A stretch of DNA of 53,398 nt from a virus (IMGVR_UViG_3300044639_002247:1-53398), one strand, 5' to 3'. Shown: positions 1 to 8,753, counted from the first letter of the stretch. Notes: generated from the letters alone by a model not told the origin. Translations and numbers: made by a program.

Positions 1-81
1 GGCACCAAAGTCTATGAAGGGCATTACCTTGCTTATTTTAATTCTAATGACTCTTTATATTTTTTTGCTGGCTTAAGTTAA
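1..81 (+). CDS. 3' end of a hypothetical protein (truncated by window edge)
   Basis: Frame 1 is open from base 1 (GTKVYEGHYLAYF...) to TAA at 79-81, and the next ATG is at 83. Confidence 0.45.
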   Translation, partial: GTKVYEGHYLAYFNSNDSLYFFAGLS

Positions 82-82
82 C

Positions 83-229
83 ATGCAAACTCCAACTTTT
101 ATTGTGCGCCTTCGTGGCTATGACGTTTACTATGCTAACGGGTGCTTTACCCTAGACCCCCAACCAGACTTGGTGACGTTGCAGTCAATTGTGTCTTATC
201 TCGTGGCTGAGGGGTTTATAAATGTATAA
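83..229 (+). CDS. small hypothetical protein (48 aa, MQTPTFIVRL...EGFINV), not in ORF track
   Basis: Manually translated ATG..TAA ORF that fills the gap between neighbours. Confidence 0.55.
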   Translation: MQTPTFIVRLRGYDVYYANGCFTLDPQPDLVTLQSIVSYLVAEGFINV

Positions 230-240
230 ATTCTTATAGT

Positions 241-501
241 ATGAAATTAATCTCTATTTGTTTTCTAGCGTGCTGCTTAACTAGTTGTGTAGTCGAGTAT
301 GTTCCCACTGTGTATTCAGTAACTCCTGGATACTCCAGTGATTATTTGTACTCTCATCGATTGAGACCACATAGTTACTACAAGAGTTATTATCGTCCTC
401 CAGAGATGTGTAATGACATTGATCTTTACCCCAGGACACGAACGGTGAAAAGATTCAACTATGTGGGATGGGACGGTTGCATATATTCTTCCAGACATTA
501 A
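241..501 (+). CDS. putative small lipoprotein
   Basis: MK + hydrophobic stretch + lipobox-like LTSC; Tyr-rich mature part. Confidence 0.55.
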   Translation: MKLISICFLACCLTSCVVEYVPTVYSVTPGYSSDYLYSHRLRPHSYYKSYYRPPEMCNDIDLYPRTRTVKRFNYVGWDGCIYSSRH

Positions 502-512
502 ATATATTTAGT

Positions 513-1052
513 ATGTTAACAATACACGATCTTAGAAAAGTTTGTACTGATTCCTATATATTAGAATTATGTTTACCAGTACTCGATGATAGTCGATTTG
601 CAGTCTGCCCACTAAACCTTCAAGAAAATTCTCATTACGCCCATGAAGGCGGTGTATTACATTACACTGGTGAACTTGTAAGTTATGGAACACTCATGTG
701 TTCACTCTATACAAATTATAATGCTACTCATATCAACGTGCTAGAGTATCTCGTAAGTGCAGTGTGGTATAACTACGGAAAATGTTTTGAATATGAAGTT
801 GTAGATGGTGCGTGGTGTAAAGTTGATGCGCAGTCTAAATTAGATACATCTTGGCGAAGTGCACTTGAGTTTCGAAAACATGTACAAACGCATGCGTTAA
901 TTGAAACTGACTTTAATATATCTTACGACAACATACTATATAACATAATTTCCGCATCTACTCAGATTAAATCTACCTCAGAATCAATTCTTCTTTCATC
1001 AGCAATCTCTCTATCACAACAACTATATCAGTTCAAAACACATGAGCGCTAA
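513..1052 (+). CDS. degenerate HD-domain protein (YhaM/Cbf1-like)
   Basis: HYAHEGGVLHYT resembles HHAYxGGLLxHT; WYNYGKCFEY aligns to LHDIGKxxEY with HD replaced; start moved to ATG 513. Confidence 0.55.
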   Translation: MLTIHDLRKVCTDSYILELCLPVLDDSRFAVCPLNLQENSHYAHEGGVLHYTGELVSYGTLMCSLYTNYNATHINVLEYLVSAVWYNYGKCFEYEVVDGAWCKVDAQSKLDTSWRSALEFRKHVQTHALIETDFNISYDNILYNIISASTQIKSTSESILLSSAISLSQQLYQFKTHER

Positions 1053-1644
1053 ATATCCTGGATACAAATACTTTTTTCTCGACACTGAGACAACTGGACT
1101 CGAGTCTCGCATTCACAATATTTTTCAAATTAGTGGAATATTGACTGATGCAAATTTAAATGTTCTTGAAACAATTGACTATAGGTTTACTCCCTTTTCT
1201 CTTGATGGTGTGGACCCTCAAGCACTTGAAAAAACTGGAATGACAATTGAAAGTTTGGCTGCATTGCCACTGTCACCACGCGAAGCCTATACAAGTTTAA
1301 TTGCTATACTTGAAAAACACTGTGATAGATATAACAAAGCTGATAAACTCCATTTTGTTGCATACAACGCCCGATTTGATGCTGACTTTATTCGAGCTTT
1401 TTTTGAAAAGAATGGAGACACCTATTTTGGCAGTTGGTTTTGGAACCCACCAATTTGTGTTATGCAAGCTGCTGCATGGATGACTACCCGAGTCCGCGGT
1501 GCCCTCCCAAATTTCAAACTTGGTACGTTATGCCAATGTGCTGAACTTGGCTGGGACGAGGCAGCTGCCCATGATGCATCCTATGACATCGTAAAAACAC
1601 TTGAACTTTATCGTTACTTGAGACGCGATATTCCACAACTATAA
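1042..1644 (+). CDS. DEDDh 3'-5' exonuclease (DnaQ/Pol III epsilon-like)
   Basis: Motifs LDTETTG, AYNARFD and AHDASYD. Confidence 0.9.
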   Translation: MSAKYPGYKYFFLDTETTGLESRIHNIFQISGILTDANLNVLETIDYRFTPFSLDGVDPQALEKTGMTIESLAALPLSPREAYTSLIAILEKHCDRYNKADKLHFVAYNARFDADFIRAFFEKNGDTYFGSWFWNPPICVMQAAAWMTTRVRGALPNFKLGTLCQCAELGWDEAAAHDASYDIVKTLELYRYLRRDIPQL

Positions 1645-1655
1645 CCTAACTAATT

Positions 1656-1820
1656 ATGTCTACCCCACCCAACAACAAAAACGGTTCATTTGATTTATCT
1701 GATACAATGACACTTGTAGCAGGAATATTCCTAATGATCGACTCACTTGATAATACATACGGTCTACTAGGAGGGCTATTCCTCACCCTCGCAGCTTCGT
1801 TTAGAATTAATAGAAAATAA
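1656..1820 (+). CDS. small membrane protein (54 aa), not in ORF track
   Basis: MSTPPNNK...TLVAGIFLMI...GLLGGLFLTLAASFRINRK; two hydrophobic segments; abuts next ATG at 1822. Confidence 0.6.
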   Translation: MSTPPNNKNGSFDLSDTMTLVAGIFLMIDSLDNTYGLLGGLFLTLAASFRINRK

Positions 1821-1821
1821 T

Positions 1822-2139
1822 ATGGATAAATTTGCTATCTCTCTAAATAACTTTAAGGACCATATATTATATGAATGTATCTTACGTGGAAGCGCAGTAG
1901 CCGTAAAAGATAAGTTTAAGGATTATTATACACACAATGGGGAACCCAAGAATTGGAAAGATGATTTCCTCGAAGACGTAAATACTGCCCAACGAGTTGA
2001 GTATCGTGGAGCAGTATTTTACACATACATGGTTTTAGGCGAGATTGCCTTTATCTTCTATGACGGTCACGTATATTCATTTGATCGATACTTTACTGAT
2101 TGTGAAGTTTTTCGTGAAATCATCAAGGAAAACTTCTAA
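1822..2139 (+). CDS. hypothetical protein
   Basis: 105-aa ATG ORF in tightly packed run. Confidence 0.7.
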   Translation: MDKFAISLNNFKDHILYECILRGSAVAVKDKFKDYYTHNGEPKNWKDDFLEDVNTAQRVEYRGAVFYTYMVLGEIAFIFYDGHVYSFDRYFTDCEVFREIIKENF

Positions 2140-2195
2140 AACGGAGTATTTTTCTCTATACTGAGTATACGTCCGGCAACTATTTTCACTTTCTT

Positions 2196-2247
2196 GAAAA
2201 TAAATGTGTACATTTGCCGCGGTTTATGTTAGAATAACTATGTAAGC
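2196..2247 (+). promoter_or_regulatory. early promoter copy 1
   Basis: GAAAATA..TGTACA(2207-2212)-N17-TAGAAT(2230-2235) with extended TG, then TGTAAGC; repeated at 3281 and 5021. Confidence 0.8.
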
Positions 2248-2260
2248 CAACCATTACATT

Positions 2261-2596
2261 ATGACTATGACAAACAACACACGTTCAGATAATTATCGCT
2301 TCACGACCACAAATGACACTGCGGGTCATGACAAAATCGCTCAACTTCGAAAAGAAATTAGCATTTGGAACCTTGAGGAAAAGCTCAAGTCATTGAAGGA
2401 TCCGAATATTATTCGGCACACTGCTAAGGTTGATCTCTTTGGTCGTCTCGGCAAAAATAACCCCAATGCTCAAGGTTATCGTGACTCAGCAAAAAAGAAT
2501 AAGAACCGATGGTTTGGTGCTGGCGCCTATCAGCGTATTGCCATTGCCGACGCTGCGACGCTTGACGTCTATGTGCGTGTCATTAGAAATCGATAA
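2261..2596 (+). CDS. hypothetical early protein
   Basis: 111-aa ORF directly downstream of promoter copy 1. Confidence 0.75.
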   Translation: MTMTNNTRSDNYRFTTTNDTAGHDKIAQLRKEISIWNLEEKLKSLKDPNIIRHTAKVDLFGRLGKNNPNAQGYRDSAKKNKNRWFGAGAYQRIAIADAATLDVYVRVIRNR

Positions 2597-2610
2597 ATAA
2601 ATCTAATATT

Positions 2611-2685
2611 GGGTCGTTCGTATAACGGATAATACCGATCTCTTCTAAAGATCTAATATAGGTTCGATTCCTGTACGACCCACCA
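2611..2685 (+). tRNA. tRNA-Arg (anticodon UCU)
   Basis: Acceptor GGGTCGT/ACGACCC, D stem GTAT/ATAC, anticodon arm GATCT-CTTCTAA-AGATC, T loop TTCGATT, encoded CCA. Confidence 0.93.
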
Positions 2686-2698
2686 TGCACTATACAAT

Positions 2699-2995
2699 AT
2701 GACAAACATTGAAAAACTAACGAAAGCAATTAACTTTATCGCTACAAACGGCCAGTCCCTCAACGATTTTGTCGTTGTAGAAGGTTTACCGTATAGGGTC
2801 ACTGGATATTTTCATGACTATCAAAAGGGAACATATGAAGTTACGAAAAAGGAAGCCATCACTGAGGAACAAGCGGGTGTAGCCATTGCGTGTTCTTCGA
2901 CTACAAATAAGATCAATGTGATATTGGTCGAAAGAGAGGAACGCATCGCTAAACAGCTCAGACTCGCTAATTTTTATGCATCAGAAGAATATTGA
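2699..2995 (+). CDS. hypothetical protein
   Basis: 98-aa ATG ORF after tRNA. Confidence 0.7.
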   Translation: MTNIEKLTKAINFIATNGQSLNDFVVVEGLPYRVTGYFHDYQKGTYEVTKKEAITEEQAGVAIACSSTTNKINVILVEREERIAKQLRLANFYASEEY

Positions 2996-3248
2996 AGAAT
3001 CGCCTAAATACTCGATTCTAGTACAGGTCTTTGGGTTTGGAATTTTCTGGTTATTGCCATCAATTTGGATCAGTTATCTACTAGAGAAAATTTGCGGACT
3101 CTATCCAAACGATATTCTACTTTGGATTGGCCTAATTATGCTAAATATGGCGGCATACTCGGTTAGCGACAGATTGTCTGAAAAACTTGCCGCACACACA
3201 TTGTGGATCCTAATAGTTCTCCAATTACTGGTGTGGGGATTGTCTTAA
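2976..3248 (+). CDS. hypothetical membrane protein
   Basis: About three hydrophobic segments in 90 aa. Confidence 0.6.
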   Translation: MHQKNIEESPKYSILVQVFGFGIFWLLPSIWISYLLEKICGLYPNDILLWIGLIMLNMAAYSVSDRLSEKLAAHTLWILIVLQLLVWGLS

Positions 3249-3280
3249 CCAGTTTATTTTCACACAAAATGCACGTTTTC

Positions 3281-3332
3281 GAAAATAAATGTGTACAAAG
3301 CCCTGATTTCATGCTATAATAGTCTTGTAAGC
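3281..3332 (+). promoter_or_regulatory. early promoter copy 2
   Basis: GAAAATAAATG TGTACA(3292-3297)-N17-TATAAT(3315-3320), extended TG, then TGTAAGCAATAG. Confidence 0.82.
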
Positions 3333-3345
3333 AATAGCAACTAAT

Positions 3346-3582
3346 ATGGATAAAGAATACATCGTAAAGACAAAAACTGGTGAAGAAGTGACTGTTCTCG
3401 GTCGGACCCCCGCCGAAGCCCTCGGCATCTTCATGAAACGTGGTAGATTTGGCGTCGGAGCCGCTTGGACGTTTACTCGCCAACCCGATGGTTGGATTGT
3501 ATGCATCAACACTGGACTGAGAACGCTTGAGCGAACATATCATAAGCTTCGTGAAAAGCAATATTCCCGCGGCATGCGTTAA
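3346..3582 (+). CDS. hypothetical early protein
   Basis: 78-aa ORF downstream of promoter copy 2. Confidence 0.7.
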   Translation: MDKEYIVKTKTGEEVTVLGRTPAEALGIFMKRGRFGVGAAWTFTRQPDGWIVCINTGLRTLERTYHKLREKQYSRGMR

Positions 3583-3600
3583 TTCTAACCTAATAACTAT

Positions 3601-3882
3601 ATGAAAATTGGAGACACTCTAGTATCAATCTTCGGCTATGATGCCCGCATTGCAACCTTTTATAAGGTCGTTGGCTTTACGCCAAAAAGCGTAAAAGTTG
3701 CGGAATTTATCGATACACTCAACACTGGAAATTGGGATGATGGTACATGCATCCCAAACCCTCAGTCAAGAATGGGAAAAGTAATGACTAAACGCCTAAA
3801 GGGCGAAGCGCTTGACATGGGAACATATGGATTTGCCCGAGTTTGGAATGGCACCCCAGTACGCACATACAACCACCACTAA
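3601..3882 (+). CDS. hypothetical protein
   Basis: 93-aa ORF; TAA overlaps ligase ATG (TAATG). Confidence 0.75.
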   Translation: MKIGDTLVSIFGYDARIATFYKVVGFTPKSVKVAEFIDTLNTGNWDDGTCIPNPQSRMGKVMTKRLKGEALDMGTYGFARVWNGTPVRTYNHH

Positions 3883-4994
3883 TGAAATTACCTACACTAT
3901 ACAGTCGTACGTCGACTGGGAGCATTCAAGAATGGACGATTGAAATCGAAGATGGGCGGTGTCGTACCCATCATGGTAAGGTTGGTGGAAAAATTGTGAC
4001 TACTCTGTGGACCACATGCGAAGCCACTAATGTCGGTCGATCTAACGAGCGCGACATTTCGGCTCAGGCGATTTTTGAAGCAACTGCACTTTGGAAAAAG
4101 AAAAATGAGAGTGGTTGCTTTGAGTCAATTGGCGATATTGATCAGTCTTTCTATGTTGAGCCAATGTTGGCAAAGAAGTGGGAAGATGTTGAGAAAAAGG
4201 TATCGTTTCCGCTCTTTTGTCAACCAAAGCTTGATGGCATGCGAGCAGTGATTAGTCGACACGGGGCATTCACTCGCAACGGTAAGCCGTGGCTGACAAT
4301 CCCTCATATCTTAGCAGACCTTGCACCGCTCTTCGAACGCTATCCAGACCTCATTCTAGACGGCGAGCTTTATTGTCATGGCTTACATGACGACTTCAAC
4401 AAGATTAGTTCTCTAATCAAGAAAACTAAACCGACTCTGGCAGACATTATCGAATCGTCTGAGATCATCGAGTTTTGGTGGTATGACATCGCCGACTCGA
4501 CTCGTAGCTTCAAACAACGTACAACCTTCATTCGAGAAGCGTATGAGCAACTGAACCTTAACAAAGGCAGCATTGTTCTTGTTGACACTTGCGAGGTTGC
4601 AAATAAGGAAACTCTCGACAACCTCTATGGTAAATTCATGGAGGATGGCTTCGAAGGTCAGATGATTCGTACTGATAAGCCATATGAGTTTAAGCGCTCG
4701 GCGACTCTGCTCAAGCGTAAGGAGTTTCAAGATGAGGAATATGAGATTGTTGGAATCCATGAAGGCAACGGGAATAAGTCTGGAATGGCAGGCTATGCTG
4801 TAATGAAACGCGAAGACGGCGTGACTTTTCGCTCAAACATCAAGGGATCCCACGAATTCCTGAAGAGCCTCCTCCCCCGAGCCTCATCCCTCGTTGGAAC
4901 ATATGCCACAATCAAATATTTCAACCTCACACCAGACGGCATTCCACGCTTCCCATACCTGATCCGCCTAAGATCTGGGCATGGAATTGACTAA
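3882..4994 (+). CDS. ATP-dependent DNA ligase
   Basis: Motif I QPKLDG, LDGELY, FEGQMIR, LLKRK, C-terminal OB fold ending GIPRFP; start at ATG 3882 coupled to upstream stop. Confidence 0.93.
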   Translation: MKLPTLYSRTSTGSIQEWTIEIEDGRCRTHHGKVGGKIVTTLWTTCEATNVGRSNERDISAQAIFEATALWKKKNESGCFESIGDIDQSFYVEPMLAKKWEDVEKKVSFPLFCQPKLDGMRAVISRHGAFTRNGKPWLTIPHILADLAPLFERYPDLILDGELYCHGLHDDFNKISSLIKKTKPTLADIIESSEIIEFWWYDIADSTRSFKQRTTFIREAYEQLNLNKGSIVLVDTCEVANKETLDNLYGKFMEDGFEGQMIRTDKPYEFKRSATLLKRKEFQDEEYEIVGIHEGNGNKSGMAGYAVMKREDGVTFRSNIKGSHEFLKSLLPRASSLVGTYATIKYFNLTPDGIPRFPYLIRLRSGHGID

Positions 4995-5020
4995 AAATGT
5001 GAAAATAAGTCACTTTTCTC

Positions 5021-5072
5021 GAAAATAGTTGTGTACATTTACTGTAGTTTATGATAGAATAACTATGTAAGC
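5021..5072 (+). promoter_or_regulatory. early promoter copy 3
   Basis: GAAAATAGTTG TGTACA(5032-5037)-N17-TAGAAT(5055-5060), extended TG, then TGTAAGCAATAG. Confidence 0.82.
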
Positions 5073-5078
5073 AATAGT

Positions 5079-5417
5079 ATGACAAAAACAAAAATGACCA
5101 TTTCCGAAACAAGCACAGTAAGTATCTATCGCAGCCTAAGCAACCCATTTGCAAATGATGCCGGCGACCGTCAGCGTCATGTTACGTTTAAGTGCTGCCC
5201 TGAAACTTCAGACGTTATGGAGTGGTTGTTTGAAGCCACTAATGCGCCAGAAAGTTTTCTCAACGAGGAACAGTTGTTTGTGCGTAAGGTCTTTGCAGAC
5301 GCAAAAATGCATTCACTTTCCAATGGTGACGTTGTTTTAGTGAATGATGTGTTTTACAAATGTAAACCTATTGGATGGAAAAAAGTTGAAAATGCTAACG
5401 ACGATGTCGAATATTAG
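5079..5417 (+). CDS. hypothetical protein with YodL-like motif
   Basis: HSLSNGDVVLVN...Y...GWK resembles the SLSVGDVV motif of YodL-like domains. Confidence 0.55.
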   Translation: MTKTKMTISETSTVSIYRSLSNPFANDAGDRQRHVTFKCCPETSDVMEWLFEATNAPESFLNEEQLFVRKVFADAKMHSLSNGDVVLVNDVFYKCKPIGWKKVENANDDVEY

Positions 5418-5525
5418 AAAGATGAAAAACGCTTGGGTATACACTGACACTCTGCATGGGTGGGTAAATGACGAGAAATACTCATCTAAGATGTAATTGA
5501 ATCCAAACCTGGACGCTAAACGGAC

Positions 5526-5615
5526 ATGATTGATATACTACTAGCAATTTTGCTGGGAACTTTTATAGTCTTTTGTGTTTTTTATAACGCTTCTGACGAC
5601 GACTACTGGTACTAA
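5526..5615 (+). CDS. tiny single-TM protein (29 aa), not in ORF track
   Basis: MIDILLAILLGTFIVFCVFYNASDDDYWY; ends 4 nt before thyX ATG. Confidence 0.5.
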   Translation: MIDILLAILLGTFIVFCVFYNASDDDYWY

Positions 5616-5619
5616 ACTT

Positions 5620-6297
5620 ATGAAAAATAAAATAGAATTAATTGGACACTATGGATCTGACCAAATCATTGCATGCAGCGCGTGGACAAGCACTTCACGT
5701 GACTTAAATGATTCAAAAATTTCCCGCATCCCCCACCTCATTGATATGTTATGGTCAAACGGCCATGAGACTCCCTTTGAAAAGGGGACTGTTCATTTCC
5801 TCGTTGATACCGACATTGCCTCTCACATTCATCTACTCAAGCATAGGATGTCTTCTATGAATGCAGAGTCTGCGCGGTATAAAGAACTAAACGACGACAA
5901 GTATTATATTCCTAAAGATTGGAAAGGTGTTCAAGCTAATACAACAGCACTCTTCCGCAACCTTAATGATGGTGCTGATTGGACTGATATTTTAACTCAA
6001 TACACTAATGTTGGCAATAAGCTTTATCATGACTGTCTTGCCGACCTTACACCAGTACTTGGTCGTGTACGCGCTAAAGAAAGTGCTCGATTCTTTAAGA
6101 CATACAACTCCCAAATTCAAGCAGATATTTCTTTTAATATGCGCGCATTTGCAAACTTTTTGAAGCTTCGTAACTCTGAGCATGCACAAAAGGAAATTAG
6201 AGAGATTGCGGCTGAAATGCTTCGACTTGTTGAGGAAATTGAAGGCGCGCCATTTAAACACACGTTGGCGGCTTGGAAAATGCACAAAAATAATTAA
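5620..6297 (+). CDS. thyX: flavin-dependent thymidylate synthase
   Basis: GHETPFE and KHRMSSMNAESARY (variant of RHRxxSxxxxSxR), FLKLR...HAQKEIR; start moved to ATG 5620. Confidence 0.92.
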   Translation: MKNKIELIGHYGSDQIIACSAWTSTSRDLNDSKISRIPHLIDMLWSNGHETPFEKGTVHFLVDTDIASHIHLLKHRMSSMNAESARYKELNDDKYYIPKDWKGVQANTTALFRNLNDGADWTDILTQYTNVGNKLYHDCLADLTPVLGRVRAKESARFFKTYNSQIQADISFNMRAFANFLKLRNSEHAQKEIREIAAEMLRLVEEIEGAPFKHTLAAWKMHKNN

Positions 6298-6306
6298 AGT
6301 TTGTCA

Positions 6307-6335
6307 TTTACATATCTAAATAATTAGTGTATAAT
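6307..6335 (+). promoter_or_regulatory. sigma70-type promoter
   Basis: TTTACA-N17-TATAAT, 7 nt before ATG 6343; same CATTTACA context as at 8667. Confidence 0.75.
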
Positions 6336-6342
6336 ATATCAT

Positions 6343-6612
6343 ATGGAAATTGAATTGAATAAAGAAAGTATCAGGGGTGCCCTACAACTTGGCGCTCATG
6401 CCGTAACATTTACTAAGAAGGATGGTACAATCCGCGAAATGATCGCCTCGCTGTGTCCAGTTGATATTCCAAGCGAACACACTCCTAAGGGAACTGGAAT
6501 TATTAGTGATGCATCTGACTCTCCGCTACGCGTCTATGACGTCGCGAATGAAGGTTGGCGGTCAATTAATATCAACACAGTCATGAGTGTAGTTCCATTT
6601 ATATACGCATGA
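6343..6612 (+). CDS. SH3/WYL-like (DUF2693-type) small protein
   Basis: VTFTKKDGTIREM...VYDVANEGWRS motif typical of this phage family. Confidence 0.7.
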   Translation: MEIELNKESIRGALQLGAHAVTFTKKDGTIREMIASLCPVDIPSEHTPKGTGIISDASDSPLRVYDVANEGWRSININTVMSVVPFIYA

Positions 6613-7829
6613 GTAGTCAATTTAAAGCGGGTCGCGTATTGGCTCCCGATAGCAAGTGGACTGGTGAAGAACCAGACTGGCACGGATGGGAAAAGTGGGA
6701 CACGGAAAAGTTTTATCGCACTCGATTCCGTGCTTTGCAGTTCTACAACTATTATCTTGACGCAACTTCAATGAAGCCAATGGTGCTGACTTGGATGAAA
6801 AAGGAAGGCTATACCCAAACCGAAATCAACACAATTAAAGAGGCTAATCCAAATGTGTTACCCAGCACCGTTGGTAAACTCGTTCGGTGTCTTGAACTCG
6901 GCATGCCAAGCATTCACCCAGACGCTCATGAGTATTATGCTGCACTCCCGGGTCATGAGACTCCGCCAATTCCCAAAGATGACCGCAGTATTGCTAAGAG
7001 TGAAATTAATGCAGCTTTGGTCCTTCTAAATAATGTTAAGTATACTGCTGCTCAGGAAAACAGTGCACCTAAAGCATATGTCCCATCACCATTGGAACGT
7101 ATTAGGAGTAAAGTTGAAAAGGAAATTATTGGCACTCTACTAGACCCACTTATTGATGCGTGGTGTGATACCAGTGTTGAAGTTGCTACAGTAAATCTCG
7201 TTAGTTACTTACGCGACGGTAAGGTACCAACTCAGGGGTGTAAATATATTCTTGAGTGGCTGAATGCTATACACGCTGAATATAATGGTGCATACACCAA
7301 GGAAGATCCACAGCTTGTTGAAGGCTATAACCACTTGTCTCGGGCAGACCTTCGTAAGATTGTGAAGAACATTGAAGTTATGATTGGCGATGTTAACTCT
7401 CATGCGCGAATCAAGGTTAGTATGCGCAAGCCACGAACCAAAAAGGTTAAGGATGCAAGCAAACAGGTTTCCAAACTAAAGTATCAAACTAACAGCGTTG
7501 AATATAACATTGACAGCATTAACCCATCACGCATTCCAACGGCACAACGGCTCTATGTGTTTAATACAAAGACTCGCCAACTTGGTGTATACTTTGCCAA
7601 AGGAAGCGCTGGGTTTGAAGTAAAGGGCACCTCACTAAAGGGATTTGATGAGTCAAATAGTTTTATTGCAACCCTACGCAAGCCACAAGAAATTCTAAAT
7701 AGTATTTTAAGTTCTACACCAAAACAACTTGAAAAATTGTTTGTTAACTTATCAGTAAAGAAAAAGCCAGCGAATGGCCGCATAAACGAACAAATCATAA
7801 TCTTAAAAGTAGTTGAACATAAAATCTAA
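6609..7829 (+). CDS. conserved T4-like hypothetical protein
   Basis: 406 aa; C-terminal LYVFNTKTRQL...GFEVKGTSL...TLRKP...NGRIN pattern I recognise from T4-like phages; ATGA overlap. Confidence 0.7.
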   Translation: MSSQFKAGRVLAPDSKWTGEEPDWHGWEKWDTEKFYRTRFRALQFYNYYLDATSMKPMVLTWMKKEGYTQTEINTIKEANPNVLPSTVGKLVRCLELGMPSIHPDAHEYYAALPGHETPPIPKDDRSIAKSEINAALVLLNNVKYTAAQENSAPKAYVPSPLERIRSKVEKEIIGTLLDPLIDAWCDTSVEVATVNLVSYLRDGKVPTQGCKYILEWLNAIHAEYNGAYTKEDPQLVEGYNHLSRADLRKIVKNIEVMIGDVNSHARIKVSMRKPRTKKVKDASKQVSKLKYQTNSVEYNIDSINPSRIPTAQRLYVFNTKTRQLGVYFAKGSAGFEVKGTSLKGFDESNSFIATLRKPQEILNSILSSTPKQLEKLFVNLSVKKKPANGRINEQIIILKVVEHKI

Positions 7830-7830
7830 T

Positions 7831-8067
7831 ATGACTGAAGAATTACCAGTAAAAATCCTAACAAAGCAAGAGTTTGCTCTTGCTATTGAACGCCGCGTCC
7901 GTAGCAAGTCTATGGGATATCTCGAAGCAATTATTGACTATTGTGACGACTTAAAGATCGACCCAGATGATATTTCAAAACTCGTAGTTGGTAGCCTAAA
8001 GGAAAAACTTGAAGCTGAAGCTCAGCGTAATAACTTATTGCCTAAAAGTTCATCACTATTTGCATGA
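7831..8067 (+). CDS. 33: late transcription coactivator gp33
   Basis: F...IE...YLEAIIDYC...LKEKLEAEA..NLL; gp33-gp59-gp32 synteny. Confidence 0.87.
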   Translation: MTEELPVKILTKQEFALAIERRVRSKSMGYLEAIIDYCDDLKIDPDDISKLVVGSLKEKLEAEAQRNNLLPKSSSLFA

Positions 8068-8681
8068 CAGTTGAAGACACCCGAGTATCTGGTTTTGAAA
8101 CGTGGTCAATCTATATGGCCATGAAACTACACTTTGGCGAAAGCAATTATGATGCCTTTAAGTTTAATTTTAAGGGGCCACGTCTAAAGGAGAGTGCGTT
8201 TCAATGTCGGCGGGATCGTTACTTTTTTGAAAAACTTGCTCGTCGTTATCCTAAAAAGAAAACGGTTATAGACTTTTTCTTAGCAAATATACTCGTCGGC
8301 AATGAATGGATTGGAAATATGACTGACGAAGCATACACGCTATGGACCTCTAAAATACAGCGACTACAATATAGTTTTAAAGAGGAAATGACTGGGGTCG
8401 CCCCACGTGTGGAAAATTTTGACGCGCTACTGCGTCCGCAACATTCGCAAATCCCGCTCTATGACCTACACATGATGGGAAAAGTTTCTTTAGAGTCACT
8501 TTGTGTGCTTGATATACTATGCAACTATTCTGGTCGCATAAATAAAAACGTAATTGATCCAATGGGGATGTATCGAGAATTAACCCTAAAGGTAAAAGGC
8601 TACAAACAATTTATTCGTAACTTACCGTTACAGCAAAAATCTTTTCAGGAAATTGTAATAAATGCATTTACAAAGCCTTGA
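8064..8681 (+). CDS. 59: helicase loader gp59
   Basis: YMAMKLHF..YDAFKF...RRDRYFFEKLA; position between gp33 and gp32. Confidence 0.88.
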   Translation: MTVEDTRVSGFETWSIYMAMKLHFGESNYDAFKFNFKGPRLKESAFQCRRDRYFFEKLARRYPKKKTVIDFFLANILVGNEWIGNMTDEAYTLWTSKIQRLQYSFKEEMTGVAPRVENFDALLRPQHSQIPLYDLHMMGKVSLESLCVLDILCNYSGRINKNVIDPMGMYRELTLKVKGYKQFIRNLPLQQKSFQEIVINAFTKP

Positions 8682-8695
8682 AAATAGGTTATAAT
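8667..8695 (+). promoter_or_regulatory. sigma70-type promoter for gene 32
   Basis: TTTACA-N17-TATAAT. Confidence 0.72.
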
Positions 8696-8753
8696 AACCA
8701 AGTGGTTATTGTAACAACACAATAATACAAACAATACACTGCAATACAAAAAT

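Noticed and set aside
2611-2685. tRNA as a prophage attachment site
   Set aside because: No integrase, no duplicated tRNA 3' end, and phage-type genes lie on both sides.
5392-5497. Possible 30-34 aa ORF (..MSNIRKMKNAWVYTDTLHGWV..)
   Set aside because: Very short, overlaps the upstream gene, and has no supporting motif; not called.
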